From positions 9,169 through 73,168 of the forward strand of contig CALVHB010000016.1 of assembly GCA_944327275.1 (NCBI GenBank): 64,000 bases of DNA. The letters are read 5' to 3'. Every line of letters begins with the position of its first letter. Position 1 is the first letter of the stretch. Below are positions 9,118 through 17,769 of this stretch, piece after piece. The DNA comes from Candidatus Gastranaerophilales bacterium (GTDB lineage Bacteria > Cyanobacteriota > Vampirovibrionia > Gastranaerophilales > Gastranaerophilaceae). Made by a program: the position numbers and the translations under genes. A model generated the notes under the pieces. It was given only the letters and a program-made list of their open reading frames with translations, was not told the DNA's origin and ran no database searches.

Positions 9118-9634
9118 GTTTTTATTAACGGTTTTGTTTATAAGTTTTACATTTGGTGTGGTTTTTGGTGCTGAGGGTATTTTTAATTATCCTTCTAATG
9201 CTAAGGAAATATCTTCAAAAATGCCTAAGCTTAGAGATGTTTCTTGTAAATTTACTCAAGAAAAACATATCGGTTCTGCTATATTGAAGTCAGGTGGAAA
9301 TTTTAAGTTTGTTAGAGGTAAAGGTGCAATATTTGAGACTTTGTATCCTATAAAATCTACTGTGTCTTATAATTCGTCACAAAATAAACAGATGAACGAT
9401 GTTATAGTTGCAATTTCTAATAAGAATTATTCATATTTAGATAGAAATTTTGACTTGTATTATGTTCGCGAAAACAATTATTGGACTGTTGGTCTTAAAC
9501 CTAAGCATGGTTCAGCTGTTTCATCTCAGTTAAATTACATAATAGTCAAGGGTGAAACTGATATTAGTAATATAAAAATCGGTACTGTAAAAAACGGAAT
9601 TACGGATATTTTTTTTAAATGTGAGGCAAATTAA
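9110..9634 (+). CDS. LolA-like periplasmic carrier protein (signal peptide)
   Basis: I chose ATG 9110 (MRKFLLTVLFISFTFGVVFG signal peptide), which overlaps the thioesterase stop. The tracked start at 8981 would overlap 137 nt. The motif CKFTQEKHIG...LKSGGNFKF is LolA-like. Confidence 0.6.
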   Translation: MRKFLLTVLFISFTFGVVFGAEGIFNYPSNAKEISSKMPKLRDVSCKFTQEKHIGSAILKSGGNFKFVRGKGAIFETLYPIKSTVSYNSSQNKQMNDVIVAISNKNYSYLDRNFDLYYVRENNYWTVGLKPKHGSAVSSQLNYIIVKGETDISNIKIGTVKNGITDIFFKCEAN

Positions 9635-9723
9635 TTTATATTTTTAGAATACTTTTTGTATTTGTTATTCTGCTTTTAGGGGTAGCAGTATTTTTTAGGC
9701 CTGCAAGTACTGAGACAAATATT

Positions 9724-11811
9724 TTGAGTGCAGTATTTTCCTCTTCTGAAAATAATGTTTTGATTGATTTAAGCGGTAGATTTTCATCAAAAATTAATGT
9801 GATTGTTGAAAGTGATAATCCTCAAAAAGCCGAAGAGACCGCAAAGATTTTATATAACAAGATTGACAGAACAAAAATTTATACATCAGATGTAAATGTA
9901 AATGGTGTGATAAGTGATTATGAAAAATTTCATTCAAACCTTTTATCTGACAATACAAGAATTTTGTTAGAGAAGAAAATGTATTCTGATGTAGCACAAG
10001 GTGCTTTGGAAAGACTTTATAATCCGATTATGCCTCCGATTGGTTCTGTTGAGAATGACCCTTTTTTGCTTTTGACTGACTATGTTATTAATTTAAGCAG
10101 CAGCAAACAAATCGTTGATTTTGTACCGACTGAAATTAACGGGAAGTATTATAGTTTTGTTATGTTAAATGTTGATAGTGATATTGCACTTTCTCCGACT
10201 ATTTTGAATGATGAGGTAGAAAAACTTGTCGGGCTGCAAAAAAGCTTATCTTATGATGGTGTAAAAATATATTTGACAGGAACTCCTATACATTCTTATT
10301 TTGCAAGTAGTCATTCTATTTTTGAGATTAATTTAATTAGTATATTATCAATCATTTTTGTTGTTAGTTTGGTATTTTGGTATTTCAGGTCGTTAAAACC
10401 ATTATTGCCAATTCTTTTGAGTATTGGTATGGGAGTTTTTTCAGGATATTGTGTTACTGCATTAGTTTTTAGGGATATACATATTCTTACTTTTGTTTTC
10501 TCTACCACGTTAATAGGAATTTGTGTTGACTATTCTCTTCATTATTTCGTGTCTAAATGTAATATTGATGCTATACGAAAGAGTTTAACTGTTGGGCTTT
10601 TAACTACTGTTAGTGCATTTGTTGTTCTTTTGTTTGCTGATTTTATTTTATTAAGACAAATTTCTGTTTTTACAATTACAGGACTTGTTGTTGTTTATTT
10701 ATGTGTAGTTCTGTTTTATCCGATGTTTTGTAAAAAATTTATCTTTGAAAATAGAAATATACCTGCAGTGAATATTCCTGAAAAATATTTTAAGCCAATT
10801 ATCGGAGTTATATGTTTAATAGTTGTTTTTGGCTTTTTTAGAATAAGTTTTGACGATAATATAAAAAATATGTACGTACCTCCAAAAAATCTTATGAAAG
10901 CAGAAAAGTTATTTGCAGAACTTACCGGGGTAAGTGGTGATATTTCTATTTTCGTTGTCAGAGGTAAAAATATTCAGGATTTGTTGCGAAAAGAAGAAAT
11001 AATTTCTGAAAAACTTGTTGATAAAAATATCGAATATCAAGCGCTGAGTAAGTATGTTCCATCTATTGAGCGTCAAAAATCAAATTGGAATTTGAGAAAG
11101 CGTTTGTATGAAGAAAAGTTGAATGATTTTGCATCATTTTTACCTAATGAAAGTAGAATAAGACTTCTTAAGGAGCAAAATAATCAGTTTATGTATCCTA
11201 ATAATAATTTTGACGTATTTAAGAGAAACTTCTTAATCGATGAAAATACATCAATAATGCTTGTATACAATTATGATGGTGAAAGTTTTGATGATGTCGA
11301 GGTTATCAATTTTCAACGAGATATTTCTGCGCAACTAAAAAAATGCCGTAGAATTTGTCTTGGATTGTTGGTGCCGATTTTCGCATTTTTGTATTTGATT
11401 CTTGCAAAAATATACAATTATAGGGCTGGGGTTACAATAATTTTACCGTCAATAACTGCTGTTGCTTTTGTTTTTGGAATTCTTGGAATTTTTAATTGTG
11501 GAGTAAATTTATTCCATTTGCTGGCTGTATTTTTGATAATAGGCTTTGGACTTGATTATTCTGTTTTTAGATATAATAATGCTCAAAAAGCTTGTGATGC
11601 CGTATTATTATCTTGTTTGACAAGTGTATTTTCTTTTGCTCTTCTTGCATTTGCAGGATTTAAACTTATTAGTTCATTGGGTATAGTTTTAGCATTAGGA
11701 CTTTTAAGTTCTTATATTTTTAGTTTAATATTAATAAAAGATAGTGAAATAAAAAAGTCAGATATGAAGAAACATTTGATTTCTGATGCGGAATCTGATT
11801 TTGATGTGTAA
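9724..11811 (+). CDS. MMPL/RND-superfamily exporter
   Basis: It has two blocks of 5-6 TM helices separated by soluble loops. 9724 (TTG) is the first canonical start, but the same frame is open from 9625 and encodes a TM helix, so the real start is probably upstream (see findings). Confidence 0.75.
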   Translation: MSAVFSSSENNVLIDLSGRFSSKINVIVESDNPQKAEETAKILYNKIDRTKIYTSDVNVNGVISDYEKFHSNLLSDNTRILLEKKMYSDVAQGALERLYNPIMPPIGSVENDPFLLLTDYVINLSSSKQIVDFVPTEINGKYYSFVMLNVDSDIALSPTILNDEVEKLVGLQKSLSYDGVKIYLTGTPIHSYFASSHSIFEINLISILSIIFVVSLVFWYFRSLKPLLPILLSIGMGVFSGYCVTALVFRDIHILTFVFSTTLIGICVDYSLHYFVSKCNIDAIRKSLTVGLLTTVSAFVVLLFADFILLRQISVFTITGLVVVYLCVVLFYPMFCKKFIFENRNIPAVNIPEKYFKPIIGVICLIVVFGFFRISFDDNIKNMYVPPKNLMKAEKLFAELTGVSGDISIFVVRGKNIQDLLRKEEIISEKLVDKNIEYQALSKYVPSIERQKSNWNLRKRLYEEKLNDFASFLPNESRIRLLKEQNNQFMYPNNNFDVFKRNFLIDENTSIMLVYNYDGESFDDVEVINFQRDISAQLKKCRRICLGLLVPIFAFLYLILAKIYNYRAGVTIILPSITAVAFVFGILGIFNCGVNLFHLLAVFLIIGFGLDYSVFRYNNAQKACDAVLLSCLTSVFSFALLAFAGFKLISSLGIVLALGLLSSYIFSLILIKDSEIKKSDMKKHLISDAESDFDV

Positions 11812-11823
11812 AGGGAATCAGTA

Positions 11824-12873
11824 ATGAAATATAGAAGGATAAAAAGACATGTATCTCCTCAGGTAAGAGCTCTTGCAGAAGCCCAAAAAATAGCTTTTGC
11901 ACCGTTGACATTTCAGGCTGTGGGGGCGATGTTAAAGTTTGGAATTTTGGAATTTTTGGATGAAAATCCTTCAACTGTAGAGCAAGTTATTGAAAATTGC
12001 GGAGTCTCTAAATATACAGCAGAGACTTTGCTTGAGGTTGCTTATGCTGCAGGACTTGTTCTCAAAATCGGGGATGTATATTCAAATTCACTCGTAGCAT
12101 CTGCTTTTTTACATAATGAGATGACAAGGGTTAATTTTAATTTTGTTAAAGATGTATGTTATCTTGGAGCTTCTGAATTGTCTGATTCTTTTGAGAATAA
12201 AGAACCTTTGGGATGCAAAAATTTTGTAGGGGATTATGAAACTATTTACAATGCTTTGCATAGTTTGCCTAAAGATATGAAAAAAAGCTGGTTTGAATTT
12301 GATCATTTTTATTCGGATAGATGTTTTGATGAGGTTTTGAATATTATATTTGAAAGTTCGCCGTCTCAAATTTTCGATATCGGAGGTAATACAGGAAAAT
12401 TTGAACGAGCTTGCCTTGAGTATAACAAAAATTGTACGTTGAATATGATAGATTTGCCTGAAAATATTGAGGAAGCCAAAAAACATTTGAATTATGACAG
12501 GTTGAAATTCTTTGGGGTTAATGTGTTGAAAAATCAGATGCCGGAAATTTCAGGGGCTGTTTTTATGAGTCAGTTTTTGGATTGTTTTTCAGAGGAACAA
12601 ATTGTATCAATTTTGTCTAATATTAAAAATTCTATGACATCGGATACTAAAATTTTTATTCTTGAACCTTTTACGGATAGGCAACTTTTTGATGGAGCTG
12701 TGTATTCTCTTGTGCATATATCTTTATATTTTACTTGTATGGCAAACGGTGTAAGCAAGATGTATAGCGAAAAAAGAATGCTTGAATTAGTTGAAAAAGC
12801 CGGGTTAAAACTTTACAAAAGGCACGAAAATATAGGGGTTCATGATTATACTTTGCTTGAGTGCGGGGTTTAA
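11824..12873 (+). CDS. class I SAM-dependent (O-)methyltransferase
   Basis: 349 aa with motif I FDIGGNTGKF and an N-terminal dimerisation-like domain. Confidence 0.75.
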   Translation: MKYRRIKRHVSPQVRALAEAQKIAFAPLTFQAVGAMLKFGILEFLDENPSTVEQVIENCGVSKYTAETLLEVAYAAGLVLKIGDVYSNSLVASAFLHNEMTRVNFNFVKDVCYLGASELSDSFENKEPLGCKNFVGDYETIYNALHSLPKDMKKSWFEFDHFYSDRCFDEVLNIIFESSPSQIFDIGGNTGKFERACLEYNKNCTLNMIDLPENIEEAKKHLNYDRLKFFGVNVLKNQMPEISGAVFMSQFLDCFSEEQIVSILSNIKNSMTSDTKIFILEPFTDRQLFDGAVYSLVHISLYFTCMANGVSKMYSEKRMLELVEKAGLKLYKRHENIGVHDYTLLECGV

Positions 12874-12878
12874 TTGAG

Positions 12879-13790
12879 ATGAAATGGTATGAGGTTAAAG
12901 AACAAGCTGCAGGCGCAAAAAGGCTAATGTTACTGTGGTATATATATAAAATAGCTGGTAAAAAACCGGTAAAATTTATCGTGTTTTTTGTGACTCTTTT
13001 TGCTTTTTTGGGTGCGCCTAATATTAGAAGATGTTCCCAAAAATATTTGAAAATAGCAGTTAAAAATGGCAGCATTATTAATGCTTTTAGACATTTTTTG
13101 AATTACTCATACAGTCTTGTAGATAAAATTGAAATGTTTACGGATAATTTTGGGTTTAAAAATATATATTTTGAAGATGAAAATGTAAGAAAAGTTTTTT
13201 ATAACGATTTGCTTGAAAAAAAAGGGATTTATTTTTTATGTTCACATCTTGGAAATGTTGATGCTATGAGGACATTTTTTCGCTCAGGTGAAACCGTTGA
13301 TGACACCAAAGTTAACCTTTTTTTAGAAGAAAATCAATGCAAGATTTTTAAAGATTTTATGAATCGAATTTCTTTGGATAATCCGATTACTGTATATCCC
13401 GTTGAAAATGTAGATGTTACTACTTCGATTGAATTGAAGCAAAAATTAGATAAGGGTGAAATTCTTTTTATTGCAGGTGATAGGGTTTCTGCTCATAATA
13501 AAAGTGCGGTTTTTGTTAAAGATTTTTTGGGGCATAAAGTACTTTTCCCCGTTGGTGCTTTTAAATTTGCTTTGGTTCTTGATGTCCCGATATATTTTAT
13601 TGCTTGTACTGCTGAAAAAAACGGTAAGTATTGCATTTACCTGAAAAAATTTGAGTCTGACGCAAAACGAAAAGAAAAATTGGAGATACTAAAAAATGAA
13701 TATGTTGAATTTCTTGAAAATTTGACAAAAAAATATCCGCTTCAGTTCTATCATTTTTATGATTTTTTCTATGATAAAATTGACTTATGA
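12879..13790 (+). CDS. LpxL/HtrB-like (lipid A biosynthesis-type) acyltransferase
   Basis: I chose ATG 12879 just after the methyltransferase stop. It has an N-terminal TM helix and the HX4D motif HLGNVD. Confidence 0.6.
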   Translation: MKWYEVKEQAAGAKRLMLLWYIYKIAGKKPVKFIVFFVTLFAFLGAPNIRRCSQKYLKIAVKNGSIINAFRHFLNYSYSLVDKIEMFTDNFGFKNIYFEDENVRKVFYNDLLEKKGIYFLCSHLGNVDAMRTFFRSGETVDDTKVNLFLEENQCKIFKDFMNRISLDNPITVYPVENVDVTTSIELKQKLDKGEILFIAGDRVSAHNKSAVFVKDFLGHKVLFPVGAFKFALVLDVPIYFIACTAEKNGKYCIYLKKFESDAKRKEKLEILKNEYVEFLENLTKKYPLQFYHFYDFFYDKIDL

Positions 13791-14425
13791 TTAAGACAGT
13801 TATTTTCGATTTGGATGGGACTTTGTTAAATACATTACAGGATTTGGCGGAAGCGACAAATTTTGCTCTGGCAAAATTCAATTATCCACCAAGAACTGTA
13901 GATGAGGTGAGAACTTTTGTTGGGAACGGTGTTAGAAAATTGATTGAACGTGCTGTTCCTCAGGGGTGCGAAAATGTTGATGAATGTTTGCAAATTTTTA
14001 AGGAAAATTATTCAAAAAATATGTATAATCACACAAAACCCTACGATAGTATCATTGAGATACTAAAGGAAATGCATAATGATAACCTGAAAATAGCTGT
14101 TGTATCTAATAAATTCGATGCTGCTGTAAAAGAATTGTGTGAAATTTATTTTAAAAATTTAGTCGATATTGCTATAGGTCAAGCTGATGATGTCCCTAAA
14201 AAGCCCGCACCCGACGGGGTTTTTAAGGCTATGAAATATTTAGGTGCCGTTGCAGATTCTTCAATATATGTTGGAGATTCTGATGTGGATGTCCAAACAG
14301 CAGAAAATGCAAAGTTAAAATGTATTGGTGTTACTTGGGGATTTCGTTCAAAAGAATTCCTGAAAGGTGCTGATTTTATTGTTGATAACCCAAGAGAAAT
14401 TTTGAAAATAATCAGGAGTTTGTAA
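13787..14425 (+). CDS. HAD-superfamily phosphatase (phosphoglycolate phosphatase-like)
   Basis: Motifs FDLDGTL, VVSNK and GDSDVDV are present. It has an ATGA overlap with the upstream gene. Confidence 0.8.
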   Translation: MIKTVIFDLDGTLLNTLQDLAEATNFALAKFNYPPRTVDEVRTFVGNGVRKLIERAVPQGCENVDECLQIFKENYSKNMYNHTKPYDSIIEILKEMHNDNLKIAVVSNKFDAAVKELCEIYFKNLVDIAIGQADDVPKKPAPDGVFKAMKYLGAVADSSIYVGDSDVDVQTAENAKLKCIGVTWGFRSKEFLKGADFIVDNPREILKIIRSL

Positions 14426-14832
14426 TGGATAAACTTTCTTTTAGTTTAGAAGATTATATTGAAGAAATTTATACACAAGTTTTGCATAATGGGAATGCTA
14501 AAGTTACTGCTATTGCAGAATCATTAGGAGTTAAAAAAGCTTCTGTGACAGGAGCTTTGAATGTTTTAGCAGACAAAAAACTTATCAATTATGCACCATA
14601 TTCTCCTATAACTCTTACTGCTCAAGGAGAAAATATCGCAAAGAAAATTCTTGAAAAACATCAAAATTTGTCGGAATTTTTTATGTGTGTTTTAGGAGCA
14701 GATAAAAAAGAAGCTGCAGAAATTGCTTGTAAAATGGAACATATTGTTTCTGATAAAATTTTTGAAAATATGGTTAAATTAACAAAATATGCAAAAAATT
14801 CAAGTGAAAAATTTTTAGAAATTTACAAATAA
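14425..14832 (+). CDS. DtxR/MntR-family metal-dependent transcriptional repressor
   Basis: 135 aa. The segment LEDYIEEIY...VTAIAESLGVKKASVTGALNVL...LTAQGENIAKKILEKHQNLSEFF matches the DtxR N-terminal HTH plus dimerisation region. It has a TAATG overlap with the HAD gene. Confidence 0.8.
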   Translation: MDKLSFSLEDYIEEIYTQVLHNGNAKVTAIAESLGVKKASVTGALNVLADKKLINYAPYSPITLTAQGENIAKKILEKHQNLSEFFMCVLGADKKEAAEIACKMEHIVSDKIFENMVKLTKYAKNSSEKFLEIYK

Positions 14833-14846
14833 ATTTTTATTGCATG

Positions 14847-14875
14847 TTGACAAAAATATCTTTTTCATATAAAGT
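14847..14875 (+). promoter_or_regulatory. sigma70-like promoter of gene 14904
   Basis: TTGACA (14847-14852) followed by TATAAA/TAAAGT candidates at a 15-17 nt spacer. Confidence 0.4.
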
Positions 14876-14889
14876 TAGGTTAACCTAAC
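14874..14889. promoter_or_regulatory. perfect 16 bp palindrome GTTAGGTTAACCTAAC, candidate DtxR-family operator
   Basis: It carries the TTAGG/CCTAA half-sites of the DtxR consensus and overlaps the -10/TSS region, 15 nt upstream of ATG 14904. Confidence 0.5.
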
Positions 14890-14903
14890 AAATAAGGAAC
14901 GAC

Positions 14904-15935
14904 ATGAAAATTTCAACACTTGGAAAATATATTGATCAGCCCATGGTACTTAACAAATTAGATAGAAAGATGCCTGCTATGCTTATAGGTGCAGGTGGTG
15001 CATTTGGGATTATTGATTCGTTAAAATTTTCTGATCGTCAAAAGAATAAAGAACAAAAGTTCTATAAAAACATGATAGTTATATCATCGACAATTGGGGC
15101 ATCCCTTTTAGGTACGCGCGGATTGAAAGTCGGTGGAAAAAAGATATTTAGTGGTTTGATGGAAAGGGTGCATTATTCAGAGCTCCAGAGAACTCATACA
15201 CAAGCTGTTAATGAGTTTTTGTCGAAAACAGATATCAAAGATAAAAATATTCTTGAAGCTTTAAACAGAGCAAAAATAAAAGAATTATCCATCAAGCAAA
15301 TAGATTTATTGCTTAGTAAACTTCCTACATCTCCTGCGAAAGAAGAACTTTTGAAGGTAATTTTGCCTGAAAAGAGAAATTTACATTCAAAGGAGATTTT
15401 TTCTGAAATTAAACGATTATCATTATTGGGGTTAATCCCTGTAATAGGTGGTGTTACAGGAGGAATTCTCGCGGATAGAATTACGCATACAAATAATAGA
15501 AAAGGGACCGCAAATAAGGTCAAAGAGGGCTTGTACCAGTATCTTGCAAACATCTTCCTGTGCAATGTGGGCGCTGGTGCAGCTCTTTTTCTTTCAGAAA
15601 AGTTAGAAAAAGCAAAAATAATAAAGCCCTTGACCCCTATGAAAAAATTAGGAGTTATACTCGCAGGGATAACAGCAACAGGAATTATTGGTGGAAGTTA
15701 TATTGCAAACTATATTAGCAAAAAAGTAATTAATCCTTTATTCGGTGAGAAAAGAATTAATCACAATGTATATGATGAACGCAGACCTGAAGCAATAGAT
15801 ATTGCGCTACATGCAGATGATATTGCAACAGCGGGTATATTATCAGGATTTAAGTGGATAGAACCGGCTTTACCGTTTATGTATTTTATATCAGGGTATA
15901 GGGCAGGAATCGGTTATAGAAACGGAAATAGTTAG
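14904..15935 (+). CDS. multi-pass membrane protein, function unknown
   Basis: 343 aa with an AAGGAA RBS and several Gly-rich hydrophobic helices (LIGAGGAFGII, LIPVIGGVTGGILA, VILAGITATGIIGG). Confidence 0.6.
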   Translation: MKISTLGKYIDQPMVLNKLDRKMPAMLIGAGGAFGIIDSLKFSDRQKNKEQKFYKNMIVISSTIGASLLGTRGLKVGGKKIFSGLMERVHYSELQRTHTQAVNEFLSKTDIKDKNILEALNRAKIKELSIKQIDLLLSKLPTSPAKEELLKVILPEKRNLHSKEIFSEIKRLSLLGLIPVIGGVTGGILADRITHTNNRKGTANKVKEGLYQYLANIFLCNVGAGAALFLSEKLEKAKIIKPLTPMKKLGVILAGITATGIIGGSYIANYISKKVINPLFGEKRINHNVYDERRPEAIDIALHADDIATAGILSGFKWIEPALPFMYFISGYRAGIGYRNGNS

Positions 15936-15979
15936 TTAAATTTTGTTATGCATTTTCTACACACCTTCTTATACAAAAT

Positions 15980-16004
15980 AGCCTCTATGAAATTTATAGA
16001 GGCT
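15980..16004. terminator. hairpin between convergent genes
   Basis: AGCCTCTAT / ATAGAGGCT, a 9 bp stem with a 7 nt loop. Confidence 0.55.
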
Positions 16005-16020
16005 TATCGTTATTGATATT

Positions 16021-16503
16021 TTATGAATACTCCATTATATAATCATCCATTACAAAACCGTTTCCAATATCGGTTACTACTGAATCAATTGTTTTAAATC
16101 CCCACTTTTTATATGCATTTATTGTATTTGTATTACGTTTATTTACAGTGAGTATTATTCTTTGACCATTTGCAATTTCTTTAATTTTTTCAAAGGCAAT
16201 TTGTCCTATACCTTTGTGTCTGTACTCTTTTTTTATGTATAGTTTGGAAAGGAACAGATATTCATTTTTATCGGAAATACCGAAGTAGCCGATATTTTTG
16301 TTATTTGCAGTTATGAAGTAGTAGGTGTAATTTTCATTTTCAACCTGATTTTTCATTGCTTTTTCAGATTGAAAATTTTCTACCATATAATCAATTTGTT
16401 CAGGAGAAAGAATGCAAGTCCAGTATTCATGCCAGATAGCACAAGCCAGACTTGCAAGTTCTTTTATATCAATGTATTCAACTTTTTTAAAGTTAATATC
16501 CAT
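16021..16503 (-). CDS. GNAT-family N-acetyltransferase
   Basis: 160 aa with motif A YRHKGIGQIAF and KKWGF. Confidence 0.8.
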   Translation of the reverse strand: MDINFKKVEYIDIKELASLACAIWHEYWTCILSPEQIDYMVENFQSEKAMKNQVENENYTYYFITANNKNIGYFGISDKNEYLFLSKLYIKKEYRHKGIGQIAFEKIKEIANGQRIILTVNKRNTNTINAYKKWGFKTIDSVVTDIGNGFVMDDYIMEYS

Positions 16504-16509
16504 TTTTAC

Positions 16510-17019
16510 CTATTCAATAACCGGAGCAACAAATGTTCTTGCAGCAAGATCTTTATCAAGCATTAACAAAGCTTTTTTGTCATCGCCTATAAGTTTCAAA
16601 GTTGCAAGTACATTTCCTACATTATCTTCTTCTTCAACTTGTTCTTTTAAGTACCAATTCAAGAATGACATTGCAGCTCTGTCTTTAACTTCTTCTGCAA
16701 CATCCATAAGAGCATTAATTCTTGATGTAACATATTCTTCGTGTTCAAGTACTTGTTCGAATACTGCTAAAGGAGATTCCCAATCAGTTTCAGGTTTGTC
16801 TATAGCTTCTAAAACAACATTACCGCCTCTTTGGTTAAGGTAGTTAAACATACCTAGAGCATGTGCGTGTTCTTCTTGTACTTGTACAGACATCCAATTT
16901 ACAAAACCTTTTAGGTTTAATCTTTCAAAGTATGCTTGCATTGAAAGATACAAGTATTCAGAATAAAGTTCTTTATTAATCTGATCATTAAAAGCTTTTT
17001 CAAGTTTTTCGTTTATCAT
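16510..17019 (-). CDS. non-haem ferritin
   Basis: 169 aa with ferroxidase-centre segments ELYSEYLYLSM and QEEHAHA, and overall Ftn-like length. Confidence 0.85.
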   Translation of the reverse strand: MINEKLEKAFNDQINKELYSEYLYLSMQAYFERLNLKGFVNWMSVQVQEEHAHALGMFNYLNQRGGNVVLEAIDKPETDWESPLAVFEQVLEHEEYVTSRINALMDVAEEVKDRAAMSFLNWYLKEQVEEEDNVGNVLATLKLIGDDKKALLMLDKDLAARTFVAPVIE

Positions 17020-17135
17020 AATTTTCCCCTTTCTTGATTATTATGTTAGCACTAAAATTTTATAACATAAACTTTTGTAAATATTTTTTTTATAAAAAAC
17101 AATTTTGAATGTTCATAGGAATTTAAGAATTTACT

Positions 17136-17759
17136 ATGATAATACAAACTTATAATAACTATTCATTCAACAAATATGCATCCCCAAATATTGCTAAAAA
17201 ACAGGCACCGTCTTTTAGTGGTAATTTTGTTCAACGGTTAACTCACATGAATATTGGTATGCAGCCTGCAGGTTTTATAGGGCATGTAGAACTTAAAAAT
17301 GCTACAAAAGGTGAAAATGTTTTTGTAAAAGTGTTCAAAGATTTTGATTGTAATCTTGAAAGATATTATTTTAAAGACGATTTGGACAGGGTTATCGGTG
17401 AATTTTCCGTAAAGATTAAAAAAGCCTTTAACTACGACAAAATTATGTATAAAGAAGATCCCAGTCACGTATATTTAGATGATTTGTTTAATTATTCGAA
17501 TCCTAATACGCCATTTTATAAACAAGGTTTGGATTATTACAAAGGACTAGGCATAAGAGCTCTACAAATAGCTCAAAGAAGAAGTGATGAAGCTCAATGT
17601 ATAGGTAACATAAAGTTAAATTCAATGCCTGAAGTGCGTCAGTGTTTTTATATCGATAAAATCGGCATGGCACCTGATCCAATGTATCCTTACAGTGGAA
17701 TGTTAATGTTACCTCCTGACAAAAAGGAACCGCTTTCAAAAATGTTAGGTGGTCTGTAG
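17136..17759 (+). CDS. hypothetical protein with GNAT-like core and N-terminal M-I-I-Q...PSFSG signature
   Basis: 207 aa. YKGLGIRALQIAQRRSDE and CFYIDKIGM resemble GNAT motifs A/B. The N-terminus is MIIQTYNNYSFNKYASPNIAKKQAPSFSGN. Confidence 0.5.
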   Translation: MIIQTYNNYSFNKYASPNIAKKQAPSFSGNFVQRLTHMNIGMQPAGFIGHVELKNATKGENVFVKVFKDFDCNLERYYFKDDLDRVIGEFSVKIKKAFNYDKIMYKEDPSHVYLDDLFNYSNPNTPFYKQGLDYYKGLGIRALQIAQRRSDEAQCIGNIKLNSMPEVRQCFYIDKIGMAPDPMYPYSGMLMLPPDKKEPLSKMLGGL

Positions 17760-17769
17760 ATTATAGAAA

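Noticed and set aside
9619-9624. ATG-TGA directly upstream of the exporter's open frame suggested TGA might be a sense codon (code 4/25). That would give a clean ATG start for the MMPL protein.
   Set aside because: TGA clearly terminates other well-supported genes here, including the ATGA stop/start overlaps at 13787-13790 and 27376-27379. The standard-code ORFs also match full-length protein families.
16412-16843. Long antisense ORFs opposite real genes. They include this 143-aa ORF opposite ferritin and similar ones at 2606-3001, 33980-34204, 50447-50872 and 59425-59901.
   Set aside because: Each lies fully inside a gene with strong family motifs on the other strand. They have low-complexity, Ser/Leu/Ile-rich translations and no RBS, so they are shadow ORFs.
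17046-17055. TTAGCACTAA upstream of ferritin as a possible DtxR box or CIRCE half-site.
   Set aside because: It is only a 4+4 nt inverted repeat with the wrong centre. It has no second CIRCE arm (GAGTGCTAA) and no match to the 14874-14889 palindrome.
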